NCBI GenBank assembly: GCA_965116305.1
Contig: OZ220673.1
Span: forward strand, 2,403,362-2,467,361
DNA from: Dehalococcoidia bacterium
GTDB lineage: Bacteria > Chloroflexota > Dehalococcoidia > Lucifugimonadales > Australimonadaceae
Direction of reading: 5' to 3'
DNA: 64,000 bases
In this document: positions 54,057-63,159 of the stretch, piece by piece
Numbering within the stretch: the stretch's first letter is position 1
Layout: each line of letters opens with the position of its first letter
Translations under genes and position numbers: made by a program
Notes under the pieces: generated by a model
What the model saw: only the letters and a program-made list of their open reading frames with translations
Database searches by the model: none
Told to the model about the DNA's origin: nothing

Positions 54057-54063
54057 CGTTCCG

Positions 54064-54414
54064 CTACAACTTGATGGAGATGTCCACGCCCGCAGGCATC
54101 TGCAAGCGGGTCAGTGCGTCTATCGTCTTGGAGTTGGGGTCCAGGATGTCCACCAGACGCTTGTGCGTCCGGAGCTCGAAGTGCTCGCGCGAGTCCTTGT
54201 CGATATGCGGCGAGCGGATCACGCAGAACCGCTTGATGCGCGTCGGCAGGGGGACCGGCCCGGACACTGCCGCGCCCGTTCGCTCCGCCGCCTCCACGAT
54301 CTGCCCGGACGATTGGTCGACCAGCTTGTGGTCGAACGCCCGCAGGACGATGCGGACCTTCTGACCCGGTCCGGTCACCTGGGCGCCTCGCACTCGTGTT
54401 GTCTGTTCAACCAC
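54064..54414 (-). CDS. rpsJ: 30S ribosomal protein uS10
   Basis: 116 aa ORF. ...[30 protein letters not shown]...[24 protein letters not shown]. The true start may be a few codons downstream. Confidence 0.9.
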   Translation of the reverse strand: MVEQTTRVRGAQVTGPGQKVRIVLRAFDHKLVDQSSGQIVEAAERTGAAVSGPVPLPTRIKRFCVIRSPHIDKDSREHFELRTHKRLVDILDPNSKTIDALTRLQMPAGVDISIKL

Positions 54415-54425
54415 GTCCTGTTCTC

Positions 54426-56495
54426 CTATGCGCTGCGGGCCACGGCCTGCACAGTGGAGTCCGGCGCCTTCTCGTAACGCCCGAACTCCATCGAGTAGTT
54501 CGCCCTGCCTTGCGTCACCGACCGCAGGTCGGTCGCGTAGCCGAACATCTCCACCAGCGGAGCGTCCGCCTCGAGCACCTGCGTGTCGCCCTGGCCTTCC
54601 ATCGACTTGATCCTGCCCCGACGGCTGTTCAGGTCTGCAAGCACCTCGCCCAGGTATTCACCCGGCGTTATCACCTGCAGCTCCATCACCGGCTCCAGCA
54701 GTACGGGCCCCGCCTTGGACAGCGCGTCCTTTATCGCCATGGACGCCGCTATCTTGAACGCCATCTCGGACGAGTCCACCGCGTGGAAGGAGCCGTCCAC
54801 AACGGCAACCTTCACGTCCATCACGGGGTAGCCCGCGACGACGCCCGTGAGCAGTGCCTCCTCGGCGCCCTTGCTGACCGCCGGGATGTACTCGCGCGGG
54901 ATGGCGCCGCCCACTATCCGGTTCTCGAACTGGAAGCCGGAGCCCTGCCGGCCCGGCTCGATCTCCAGCACGCAGTCGCCGAACTGGCCGCGACCGCCCG
55001 TCTGACGCACGAAACGCCCCTGCGCCTTGGCCAGGCGTGTGATCGCCTCGCGGTACGCCACCTGCGGACGGCCTATCGCGGCGTTCACGTTGAACTCGCG
55101 CTTCAGGCGGTCGACCAGGATCTCGAGGTGCAGTTCGCCCATGCCGGACATCACCGTCTGGCCGGTCTCCTTGTCGTACCGCACCCGGAACGTGGGGTCT
55201 TCTTCCGCCAGCTTGATGAGCGAGTCTGTCAGCTTGTCCTGTTCCGCTCGCGTCGCGGGCTCGATAGCCACCGAGATCACCGGCTCAGCGAAGCGGATCG
55301 ACTCCAGCATGATGGGCTGTTTCTCGTCGCAGATCGTCTCGCCGGTGAACGTGTTCTTCAGTCCCACCGCCGCGCCGATCTCACCGACGGAGATGCTCTC
55401 CGCCTCTTCCCGGTGGTTCGCATGCATGAACATGATGCGCCCCATCCGCTCCCGCACTCCCTTGATGGAGTTGTACACGCTCGCTCCCGCTTTCATGGAG
55501 CCGGAGTACACCCGGAAGTAGACGAGCCGCCCCACGTAGGGGTCGGACACGACCTTGAACGCCAGCGCCGCGAACGGTTCGGAGACGTCCGCCCTGCGCT
55601 CGACCTCGTTCTCACTGTTGGGGACCTTCCCGACCACCGCAGGAACGTCCAGCGGCGACGGCAGGTAGTCCAGCACTGCGTCCAGCACCAACTGCACGCC
55701 CAGGCTCTGGAGGGCTGAGCCGCACACGACCGGCACGGCGTGGTTCGCTATCGTCGCCCGCCGGAGAGCGGCCTTGATCTCTTCCGGGGAGGGGGTCTCG
55801 CCGGAGAGGAACTGTTCAAGCACGTGCTCGTCGTTCTCCGCGACCCGCTCGATCATCTCCTCGCGGATCTGGGCTGCTTCCTCGCGCAGTTCGGACGGTA
55901 TCTCGCCCTCACGCAACTCGCCGGACGCGCCGCCGCGCTCGAAGAACCACGCCTTCTCTTCCACCAGGTCGATGACGCCGTGGAACTGGTCCTCGGCCCC
56001 GATCGGGTACTGCACAGGAACCGGCACCGCTTTGAGCCGGTGCCGGATAGAGTCCATCGTCTTCTCGAAGTCCGCGCCGATGCGGTCCATCTTGTTGACA
56101 AAGCAGATGCGCGGCACTCCGTATCGGTCAGCCTGACGCCATACCGTCTCGGATTGCGGCTGCACGCCTGCGACCGCGTCGAACACAACAACGCCTCCGT
56201 CGAGTACACGGAGGCTTCGCTCCACTTCCGCCGTAAAGTCCACGTGACCCGGCGTGTCGATGATATTGATCTGATGGCCCTTCCAGGCGGCACGCGTTGC
56301 GGCGGACGTGATCGTGATGCCGCGCTCACGCTCCTGGGCCATCCAGTCCATCACTGCCGTTCCCTCGTGCACCTCGCCCAGCTTGTACGTTCGGCCCGTG
56401 AAGAACAGCACCCGCTCGGTTACCGTCGTCTTGCCGGCGTCGATGTGGGCGATGAACCCGATGTTTCGGACTTTCTGCAGGTCAGTTGTCATCAA
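54426..56495 (-). CDS. fusA: elongation factor G
   Basis: 689 aa. ...[21 protein letters not shown]...[12 protein letters not shown]... Confidence 0.95.
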   Translation of the reverse strand: MMTTDLQKVRNIGFIAHIDAGKTTVTERVLFFTGRTYKLGEVHEGTAVMDWMAQERERGITITSAATRAAWKGHQINIIDTPGHVDFTAEVERSLRVLDGGVVVFDAVAGVQPQSETVWRQADRYGVPRICFVNKMDRIGADFEKTMDSIRHRLKAVPVPVQYPIGAEDQFHGVIDLVEEKAWFFERGGASGELREGEIPSELREEAAQIREEMIERVAENDEHVLEQFLSGETPSPEEIKAALRRATIANHAVPVVCGSALQSLGVQLVLDAVLDYLPSPLDVPAVVGKVPNSENEVERRADVSEPFAALAFKVVSDPYVGRLVYFRVYSGSMKAGASVYNSIKGVRERMGRIMFMHANHREEAESISVGEIGAAVGLKNTFTGETICDEKQPIMLESIRFAEPVISVAIEPATRAEQDKLTDSLIKLAEEDPTFRVRYDKETGQTVMSGMGELHLEILVDRLKREFNVNAAIGRPQVAYREAITRLAKAQGRFVRQTGGRGQFGDCVLEIEPGRQGSGFQFENRIVGGAIPREYIPAVSKGAEEALLTGVVAGYPVMDVKVAVVDGSFHAVDSSEMAFKIAASMAIKDALSKAGPVLLEPVMELQVITPGEYLGEVLADLNSRRGRIKSMEGQGDTQVLEADAPLVEMFGYATDLRSVTQGRANYSMEFGRYEKAPDSTVQAVARSA

Positions 56496-56498
56496 TCC

Positions 56499-56969
56499 CT
56501 ACCAGCGGTAATGGACGAACGCCCGGTTCGCCTCGGCCATCCTGTGCATCTCTTCACGGCGGCGTGCCGCCGCTCCCTGTCCCCGCGACGCGTCGATGAT
56601 CTCGGCCGCGAGCCGGGAGCGCATCGGCTGCCCTCCGCGCGCACGCGCGAAGCGTATGAGCCAGCGCATCGCCAGCGCGTTGCGGCGGCGTTCAGGCACC
56701 TCAACCGGCACCTGGTATGTCGCGCCGCCCACACGCCGGGGCTTCACCTCGACCGTCGGGGTGACGTTCCGCAGCGCCGTCTGGAAGACCTCCATGGCGT
56801 CGCGGTTCGTCTCCTGCGCCACCTGGTCGAGCGCCTGATAGACGCTTCGCTGCGCAACCGTCTTCTTGCCGTTCAGCATGACGCGGTTGATGAAGCTGGC
56901 CAGCGTCACACTCCCGTAGCGGGGGTCCGCTACAGGCACGCGGCGCTCAGCACGTCGTCGACGAGACAT
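56499..56969 (-). CDS. rpsG: 30S ribosomal protein uS7
   Basis: 156 aa. [20 protein letters not shown]...[12 protein letters not shown]. Confidence 0.95.
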   Translation of the reverse strand: MSRRRRAERRVPVADPRYGSVTLASFINRVMLNGKKTVAQRSVYQALDQVAQETNRDAMEVFQTALRNVTPTVEVKPRRVGGATYQVPVEVPERRRNALAMRWLIRFARARGGQPMRSRLAAEIIDASRGQGAAARRREEMHRMAEANRAFVHYRW

Positions 56970-57128
56970 CTATTCGCTTTCCTCCCCTGCCCCGTGGGGC
57001 AGACCTGCGCTTCAGCGCACTTGCGCCCTCGAAGCGCAGATAACCCATGACGCCAAGCCCGCAGATCGCGCCAGCGAACCGCGTCCCTGCCAATTACTGA
57101 ATTGGAGAACGGGACCCTCCAGTGGAAC
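56970..57128 (-). promoter_or_regulatory. structured 159-nt rpsL-rpsG intercistronic spacer (candidate uS7 translational operator and/or REP-like hairpins)
   Basis: The minus-strand RNA contains the hairpins CCAATT-CAGT-AATTGG, CTGCGCTTC..GAAGCGCAG (with a nested GCGCA..TGCGC) and CTGCCCC-AC-GGGGCAG. The last one lies immediately 5' of the SD GGAGG. Confidence 0.3.
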
Positions 57129-57539
57129 TTACTGGCGCTTGGTCCCGTACTTGCTCCGCCCCTGCTTCCGGCCGTTGACCCCCGTAGCGTCGAGCGCCCC
57201 ACGGATGATGTGGTAGCGAACGCCCGGCAGGTCCTTCACGCGGCCTCCGCGGATCAGGACGACGGAGTGCTCCTGCAGCGTGTGGCCCTCTCCCGGAATG
57301 TAGGCCGTAACCTCCATCCCGTTCGTCATGCGGACACGGGCCACCTTCCGCAGAGCGGAGTTCGGCTTCTTCGGCGTAACCGTTCGCACCTGGACACAGA
57401 CGCCCAGCTTCTGCGGGCTCCCATCTCCACGGTACACACGGTTGCGCAGGCTGTTCCGCACGAAACGGAGCGCAGGCGCCTTGGTCTTCTTCACCACGCG
57501 CTTGCGTCCATGACGCACCAGCTGATTTACAGTAGGCAC
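57129..57539 (-). CDS. rpsL: 30S ribosomal protein uS12
   Basis: 136 aa. [24 protein letters not shown]...[19 protein letters not shown]... Confidence 0.95.
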   Translation of the reverse strand: MPTVNQLVRHGRKRVVKKTKAPALRFVRNSLRNRVYRGDGSPQKLGVCVQVRTVTPKKPNSALRKVARVRMTNGMEVTAYIPGEGHTLQEHSVVLIRGGRVKDLPGVRYHIIRGALDATGVNGRKQGRSKYGTKRQ

Positions 57540-57611
57540 TTGTGCGGTACTCCCTGCGCTTTTCGTAAGCCTGTCTGCCGAATCCGTACCCGTTCGGGCA
57601 CGAACATGGGG

Positions 57612-57640
57612 ATGCTACCGCAAGCTCACTCCTGTGTCAA
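57612..57640 (-). promoter_or_regulatory. candidate promoter of the ribosomal super-operon: TTGACA-N17-TAGCAT
   Basis: The reverse complement of 57635-57640 is TTGACA and of 57612-57617 is TAGCAT. It lies about 70 nt upstream of the rpsL ATG. Confidence 0.55.
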
Positions 57641-57704
57641 CCGCGTACACGCTCGTCGACGAGTCACGCGCAGCGTTCCCCGGCGCACGTATAATCCCCG
57701 CGAC

Positions 57705-58274
57705 ATGACCGACATCAAGATCTACACGAAGTACGGCGACGAAGGGGAGACCGGCCTCCTGTACGGCGGGCGCATCTCCAAGAGCGACCTCCGCACCGAG
57801 GCCTACGGCACCACCGACGAGGCCGTCTCCGCCCTCGGCCTCGCCCGTGCGCTCACCGGCGACCCGGACGTGCAGCGCATCGTCAAGCGCCTCCAGCGCG
57901 AACTCTTCACCGTCGGAGCGGAACTCGCCACCGACCGCGCGGAGTACGCCAACCTCCAGCGCCACTTCAGCGTCGTCACCCCGGAGATGACCGCCGCGCT
58001 CGAGAACGACATCGACACTCTCGGCGCGCAGGTGGAACTGCCGCGCAGCTTCATCATCCCCGGCGCAACCCAGGCCTCCTCCGCGCTCGACCTCGCACGC
58101 TCCATCCTGCGCAGGGCCGAGCGGCGCGCCGTGCAGATGAACCTCGAAGGCATGATCGAGAACCCGGAGCTGATCCGTTACCTCAACCGCGCCTCGGACC
58201 TCGTATTCATGCTCGCCCGCTACCAGGACCGCGCCCTGCCGTTCGAACGGCTCACGGGCGACGATCCCTGCTGA
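57705..58274 (+). CDS. PduO-type ATP:cob(I)alamin adenosyltransferase
   Basis: The start is set at MTDIKIYTKYGDEGETGLLYGGRISKSDLRTEAYGTTDEAVSALG (ATG 57705) inside ORF 57102..58274. A TATAAT at 57690-57695 lies 9 nt upstream. Confidence 0.85.
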   Translation: MTDIKIYTKYGDEGETGLLYGGRISKSDLRTEAYGTTDEAVSALGLARALTGDPDVQRIVKRLQRELFTVGAELATDRAEYANLQRHFSVVTPEMTAALENDIDTLGAQVELPRSFIIPGATQASSALDLARSILRRAERRAVQMNLEGMIENPELIRYLNRASDLVFMLARYQDRALPFERLTGDDPC

Positions 58275-58295
58275 CAACGAAAGGGGAGGGGAACC

Positions 58296-59372
58296 ATGGC
58301 CGGAGAACCCATCAACCTCTACGAACTGGAAGCGATCTGCGAGCAGACGCTCCCGCTCAACGAGTGGGACTACGTCGCGGGCGGCGCCACCGACGAGATC
58401 ACCCTCGAACGCACGCGCTCCGTCTTTGACCACATCGCGCTCCGCCCACGCATGCTCGCGGGCATACCGGACGCCGACCTCTCCGTCTCCGTGCTCGGCA
58501 ACCGCATCGGGCTGCCGTTCATGCTCTCGCCCTGCGGCAGCCACAAGCGCGCGCACGAGGACGGCGAACTCGCCTCCGCACGGGCTGCCGCAGCCGCAGG
58601 GACCATCCTCGCCGTCAGCGCCAACTGCTCCTACGCCCCCGAAGAGATCGCCCGTGCAGCCGACGGCCCCAAGTGGTACCAGACCTACTTCTACCGCGAC
58701 CGCGAACAGACCGTGGACCGCGTCCACATGGCGGAGGAGAACGGCTACGACGCCATCTGCGTCACGCTGGACGCCGTCTGGCCACCCAAGCGCGAGCGCA
58801 ACATCCGCAACTCCTACCAGCGCCAACCAACCGCCGGTGACGCGCCCGGACTGGCCCCGCCCAAGGACCTCACCAAGTTCAACTCCGGCATCAGCTCGCG
58901 CAGCCGCGTCGACCCGGGCGCATCGTGGGACGACGTCGCCTGGCTGCGCTCCGTCACCAACCTGCCCATCGTCTTCAAGGGCATCATCACCCGAGAGGAC
59001 GCCGCCCTCTGCGCCGAGCACGGCGTGGACGCCCTCATCGTCTCCAACCACGGCGGGCGCAACCTCGATACCACCATCCCCACCATCGAGGCGCTGCCTG
59101 AGGTGGCCGACGCCGCGGGCGACGTCGAGGTCTACCTGGACGGCGGCATCCGGCGCGGCACGGACGTCGTGAAGGCGATCGCTCTCGGCGCGAAGGCGGT
59201 GATGCTCGGCAGGCCGATGTTCTGGGGACTCGCCTACGCAGGCGACCAGGGCGTGGTGCACATGCTGGACATCCTGCGCGACGAGGTCGAGACCACGATG
59301 ATGATGTGCGGCAAGGCCCGCATCGAGGACATCGGCCGCGACCTCATCACCCGCCTCCCCGAGCTCCGCTGA
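58296..59372 (+). CDS. FMN-dependent alpha-hydroxy-acid dehydrogenase/oxidase family protein (LldD/glycolate-oxidase-like)
   Basis: 358 aa. ...WYQTYFYRDR...ITLDAVWPPKRERN...IVFKGI...IVSNHGGRNLD...VYLDGGIRRGTDV. Confidence 0.85.
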   Translation: MAGEPINLYELEAICEQTLPLNEWDYVAGGATDEITLERTRSVFDHIALRPRMLAGIPDADLSVSVLGNRIGLPFMLSPCGSHKRAHEDGELASARAAAAAGTILAVSANCSYAPEEIARAADGPKWYQTYFYRDREQTVDRVHMAEENGYDAICVTLDAVWPPKRERNIRNSYQRQPTAGDAPGLAPPKDLTKFNSGISSRSRVDPGASWDDVAWLRSVTNLPIVFKGIITREDAALCAEHGVDALIVSNHGGRNLDTTIPTIEALPEVADAAGDVEVYLDGGIRRGTDVVKAIALGAKAVMLGRPMFWGLAYAGDQGVVHMLDILRDEVETTMMMCGKARIEDIGRDLITRLPELR

Positions 59373-59375
59373 ACC

Positions 59376-60146
59376 TCAGACCAGCAGCGCCTCGAACCGC
59401 GCCGGCAGCTCCACCTGCCCCTGCGCGATCTCCCGCAGGCGCTCGTCCGACAGCGGGAAGCCGAACTCCTCGTTCCGCATCCGCAGCCGCTGCATGGAGA
59501 TCTCCGTCACCATCTCCATCGCCAGCGCCCAGTCCTCCTCCGTGCGCGCCACCGCGTTCAGGTCGTCGGCGCCGTGCGCCGCGTGGTCCATCTCGTCGTT
59601 GTAGACGTTCGCGCACGCCGCGGCGATGCGGTCGCTGAGCTCGTCGCCGCCGATCTGCATCCCCTCGTAGAAGATGGACGCCCCGCCGCCCTCGCAGAAC
59701 GACGACGCGAACCGCCCGAGCTCGCCGTGACGCTCGAAGCAGCGCTTGCGCACCGCGCGCAGCTCCCGCTCGTGCTCGATGTCGTACGTCGCCAGCTCCT
59801 CGGTCGTCAGCTGTGCGCCGGTGATGTAGTCGATGACGTCCGCGAAGACGACGTAGTGCCGGAACTCCTCTTCGAGGAACTGGATGTTGTAGAGAAAGTC
59901 GGCGCGGCCGACGCCCTTCTCGAGCGACGGGTAGTTCCGCGCCAGCTGCTCGATGTTCCGCAGGATGATGCCGTCGCCGCGCGGCTGCAGTTCCTTGTAC
60001 GCCTGCACGCGCAGCCAGCGCAGGTGCTCCTCCGGCGACCGCGCCTGCGAGAAGAACGTCCGCGCGATCTCGGCTTCGCCCGCCCAGAACCGCGACGCGT
60101 ACCGGGTCAACTCGTTACGACGCTCCCGTGCCTGCTGCTCGTCCAT
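59376..60146 (-). CDS. hypothetical helical protein with two ExxH motifs (candidate ferritin-like or heme-oxygenase-like di-iron protein)
   Basis: 256 aa. It contains ...FLEEEFRHYVVFADVIDYITG... and ...NVYNDEMDHAAHGADDL... No named family was recognised. Confidence 0.45.
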   Translation of the reverse strand: MDEQQARERRNELTRYASRFWAGEAEIARTFFSQARSPEEHLRWLRVQAYKELQPRGDGIILRNIEQLARNYPSLEKGVGRADFLYNIQFLEEEFRHYVVFADVIDYITGAQLTTEELATYDIEHERELRAVRKRCFERHGELGRFASSFCEGGGASIFYEGMQIGGDELSDRIAAACANVYNDEMDHAAHGADDLNAVARTEEDWALAMEMVTEISMQRLRMRNEEFGFPLSDERLREIAQGQVELPARFEALLV

Positions 60147-60251
60147 CGCACGCCTCCTCGTTGAACGGCGGGATTATAGGCCAGCGGCGCGATGGCGACC
60201 CGCTCCGCTACAATGCTCCCCGCCCTATTCCGGAACGCAGGAGGAACGCGC

Positions 60252-61724
60252 GTGCTGCCCGAGGTCAAAGCCAACTACGGCAAACTGAGGAATCTCATCA
60301 ACGGCGAGTGGGTCGAGCCCGACGCTAGCGGCTGGCTGGACGTGGAGAACCCCGCGACCACCGGCGTCATCGCGCAGGTCCCGCTCTCCACCCCCAGCGA
60401 GGTGAACGACGCGGTCGCCGCGGCGAAGCAGGCGTTTCTTACATGGCGTGAGACTCCGCCCGTGCTGCGAGCGCGCAGCCTCTTCACGCTCAAGGGGCTG
60501 ATGGAGCAGCACTTCGAGGAGTTCGCTCGCACCATCGTCCAGGAGCACGGCAAGACGATCGAGGACGCGCGCGGCGAGACGAGACGCGCCATCGAGAACG
60601 TGGAGGTCGCCGCCGGCATCCCCACGCTCATGCAGGGCTACGGCCTCGAGAACATCGCACCCAGCATCGACGCCGAGGCAGTCCGCCAGCCTATCGGCGT
60701 CTTCGGCATCATCGGGCCGTTCAACTTCCCGCTCATGGTGCCCAACTGGTTCATCCCGTACGCCATCGCCACCGGCAACACCGTCGTCGTCAAGCCGTCG
60801 GAGCAGACCCCACTCTCGCAGACGCGCATGGCCGAACTCGCGCTCGAGGCCGGCATCCCCGCCGGCGTGTTGAACGTCGTCCACGGCGCGAAGGCTGCCG
60901 TCGACGCACTGCTGGAACACCCGGACGTGCGCGGCATCTCGTTCGTCGGCTCCTCTCCTGTGGCGCGTTACGTCTACACGAGGGCGTCCGCGGAGGGGAA
61001 GCGCGTCCAGTGCGGCGGCGGCGCGAAGAACTTCCTCGTCGCCATGCCGGACGCCCACCTCGACTCGACCATCGACAACATGATGGGCTCCATCTTCGGC
61101 GCGGCAGGGCAGCGATGCCTCGCGGGCTCGGTCGTCGTCACCGTGGGCGGCGCCTACGAGAGCGTGCGCGACCGCCTTGCCGAGGGCGCACGGAACCTCA
61201 AGCTCGGCTACGGGCTGGACGAGACCGTCGGCATGGGGCCGGTCATCTCCCAGCGCTCGCTGGACCGGGTGCTCGGCTACGTCGACAAGGGCGTCGAGGA
61301 GGGCGCGGACCTCATCGTGGACCGGCGCTCCGCCCGGCAGGACGAGGAGCTTGCGGGTTACTTCGCCGGGCCGTGCGTGTTCGACGGCGTCGAGCCGCAG
61401 ATGGCCATCGCGAGGGAGGAGATATTCGGCCCCGTCGCGGGCATCATGCGCGCCGACTCGCTGGACGAGGCGATAGGCCGCATCGAGGCCCTGCCGTTCG
61501 GCAACGCCGCCAGCATCTTCACCGCCAGCGGCGCAGCGGCGCGGGAGTTCAGGCACCGCGTGACCGCGGGCAACATCGGCGTCAACGTCGGCGTCGCCGC
61601 GCCGATGGCGTTCTTCCCGTTCGGTGGCATGAAGGACTCCTTCTTCGGTACGCTGCACGCCCAGGGCCGCGAGGTCGTCGATTTCTTCACCGACCGCAAG
61701 GTCGTCATCAGCAGATGGTTCTAG
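60252..61724 (+). CDS. mmsA: CoA-acylating methylmalonate-semialdehyde dehydrogenase
   Basis: The start is set at GTG 60252 (AGGAGG 7 nt upstream) inside ORF 60192..61724. ...NLINGEWVE...FNFPLMVP.W....A...GN..V.KPSE...GAAGQRCLA... and the C-terminal FPFGGMKDSFFGTLHAQGREVVDFFTDRKVVISRW are typical of MmsA/IolA. Confidence 0.85.
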   Translation: MLPEVKANYGKLRNLINGEWVEPDASGWLDVENPATTGVIAQVPLSTPSEVNDAVAAAKQAFLTWRETPPVLRARSLFTLKGLMEQHFEEFARTIVQEHGKTIEDARGETRRAIENVEVAAGIPTLMQGYGLENIAPSIDAEAVRQPIGVFGIIGPFNFPLMVPNWFIPYAIATGNTVVVKPSEQTPLSQTRMAELALEAGIPAGVLNVVHGAKAAVDALLEHPDVRGISFVGSSPVARYVYTRASAEGKRVQCGGGAKNFLVAMPDAHLDSTIDNMMGSIFGAAGQRCLAGSVVVTVGGAYESVRDRLAEGARNLKLGYGLDETVGMGPVISQRSLDRVLGYVDKGVEEGADLIVDRRSARQDEELAGYFAGPCVFDGVEPQMAIAREEIFGPVAGIMRADSLDEAIGRIEALPFGNAASIFTASGAAAREFRHRVTAGNIGVNVGVAAPMAFFPFGGMKDSFFGTLHAQGREVVDFFTDRKVVISRWF

Positions 61725-61726
61725 CC

Positions 61727-62827
61727 GTGCGCGCCGCCGTCTTCTCCCAGCCCAACCAGCCCATGACCGTCGAGGAACTGGTCATGCCGGAGCCGCACGA
61801 GCACGAGGTGCGCGTTAAAGTCGCCGCGTGCGGCGTCTGCCACACCGACCTCCACGTGCTCAAGGGCGAGGTCGCCTTCCCCACGCCCGGCGTGCTCGGC
61901 CACGAGGTCTCCGGTGTCGTCGACGCCACAGGCCCGGGCGTGACGAACGTCGCCGTGGGCGACCGTGTCGTCTGCTCGTTCATCATGCCGTGCGGGAACT
62001 GCGGCTACTGCGTCCGCGGACGCGAGGACCTGTGCGAGACGTTCTTCGCCTACAACCGCCTCAAGGGCCAGTTGTACGACGGCTCGACGCGCCTGCATCG
62101 CGCCAACGGCGAACCCATCGCCATGTACAGCATGGGCGGGCTCGCCGAGTATGCCGTGACGCCGGACACGTCCGTCTTCCCGCTACCGGAGAGCGTGCCG
62201 CTCACAGACGCCGCCATCGTCGGCTGCTCCATCTTCACTGCCTACGGTGCAGTGCGGAACCAAGCCGACGTCCGCCCCGGCCAGAGTGTCGCCGTCTTCG
62301 CCGTCGGCGGCGTCGGCACGCAGGTGCTGCAGATGGCGCGGGCGTTCGGCGCGTCGCAGGTCATCGCCGTGGACATACGCGGCGACAAGCTGGAGAAGGC
62401 GCTGGAGATGGGAGCAACGTACACTGTCAACGGCTCGACCGAGGACGCTCCGGCACGCGTCCGCGAACTTGCGAACGGGCGCGGCGTCGACGTCGCGATC
62501 GAGGCGCTCGGCTCGCCCGTCACGGTGCGGCAGGCGTTCGAGTCGGTGCGCGACGGCGGCAAGGTGGTGCTCATCGGCATCGCGGCTGTGGGCGTGGAGG
62601 TGCCGCTGGAGATCACGCGGTTCGTCCGGCGCGGGATCATGGTCGCGGGCTCCTACGGCGCGAAGGCGCGCAGCGACATGCCGGAGATCGTCGATCTCGT
62701 GCGGCGCGGCGCGGTCGACACCAGCGCGCCCATCACCCGCCGCTACACGCTCGACGAGGTGAACGACGCCTACGGCGCGCTCGCCAGCGGCGACATCGTC
62801 GGCCGCGCCATCATCGAGATGGGATAG
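61727..62827 (+). CDS. zinc-dependent alcohol dehydrogenase family protein
   Basis: GTG 61727 (VRAAVFSQPNQP...), taken from the tail of ORF 61010..62827. It has CGVCHTDLH, GHEVSGVV, a structural-Zn motif CGNCGYCVRGREDLC and VFAVGGVG. Confidence 0.85.
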   Translation: MRAAVFSQPNQPMTVEELVMPEPHEHEVRVKVAACGVCHTDLHVLKGEVAFPTPGVLGHEVSGVVDATGPGVTNVAVGDRVVCSFIMPCGNCGYCVRGREDLCETFFAYNRLKGQLYDGSTRLHRANGEPIAMYSMGGLAEYAVTPDTSVFPLPESVPLTDAAIVGCSIFTAYGAVRNQADVRPGQSVAVFAVGGVGTQVLQMARAFGASQVIAVDIRGDKLEKALEMGATYTVNGSTEDAPARVRELANGRGVDVAIEALGSPVTVRQAFESVRDGGKVVLIGIAAVGVEVPLEITRFVRRGIMVAGSYGAKARSDMPEIVDLVRRGAVDTSAPITRRYTLDEVNDAYGALASGDIVGRAIIEMG

Positions 62828-62856
62828 CGAAGGTCACAGCGCACGGAGAGGGATCG

Positions 62857-63159
62857 ATGGCCGGCAATCACAGATGGACATTGCGGGATGTACAGGTTGC
62901 GTTCGCTCTGTACTACCTCCATGCACCTATTGGGCGAAAGCCACCCACTCACCCGGAAGTCCGGCGTTCTGCGCGTGCCATAGGGACAACGCCTGCTTCG
63001 ATGTCAATGAGGCTAGCCAACATCGCGAGCCTGGAGAACACTACCGGTCTCGACAATGCGGCGAAGTTGGATCGAGAGCTGTGGGTGCAGATGCAGACAG
63101 ACCGTGAAGGTATTTTGAAGGCATGTGCGGAGTCCATGAAACAGCTAGGGATGCCCTGA
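62857..63159 (+). CDS. small hypothetical protein in a low-GC patch; resembles the N-terminal helical domain often fused to HNH endonucleases
   Basis: ATG 62857, about 100 aa. MAGNHRWTLRDVQVAFALYYLH...EVRRSARAIGTTPASMSMRLANIASLE... No nuclease domain is present. Confidence 0.45.
   Translation: MAGNHRWTLRDVQVAFALYYLHAPIGRKPPTHPEVRRSARAIGTTPASMSMRLANIASLENTTGLDNAAKLDRELWVQMQTDREGILKACAESMKQLGMP

Noticed and set aside
57615-59261. 548-aa minus-strand ORF.
   Set aside because: It is antisense to the PduO-type adenosyltransferase and FMN-dehydrogenase genes, both supported by motifs. No recognisable domain is present.
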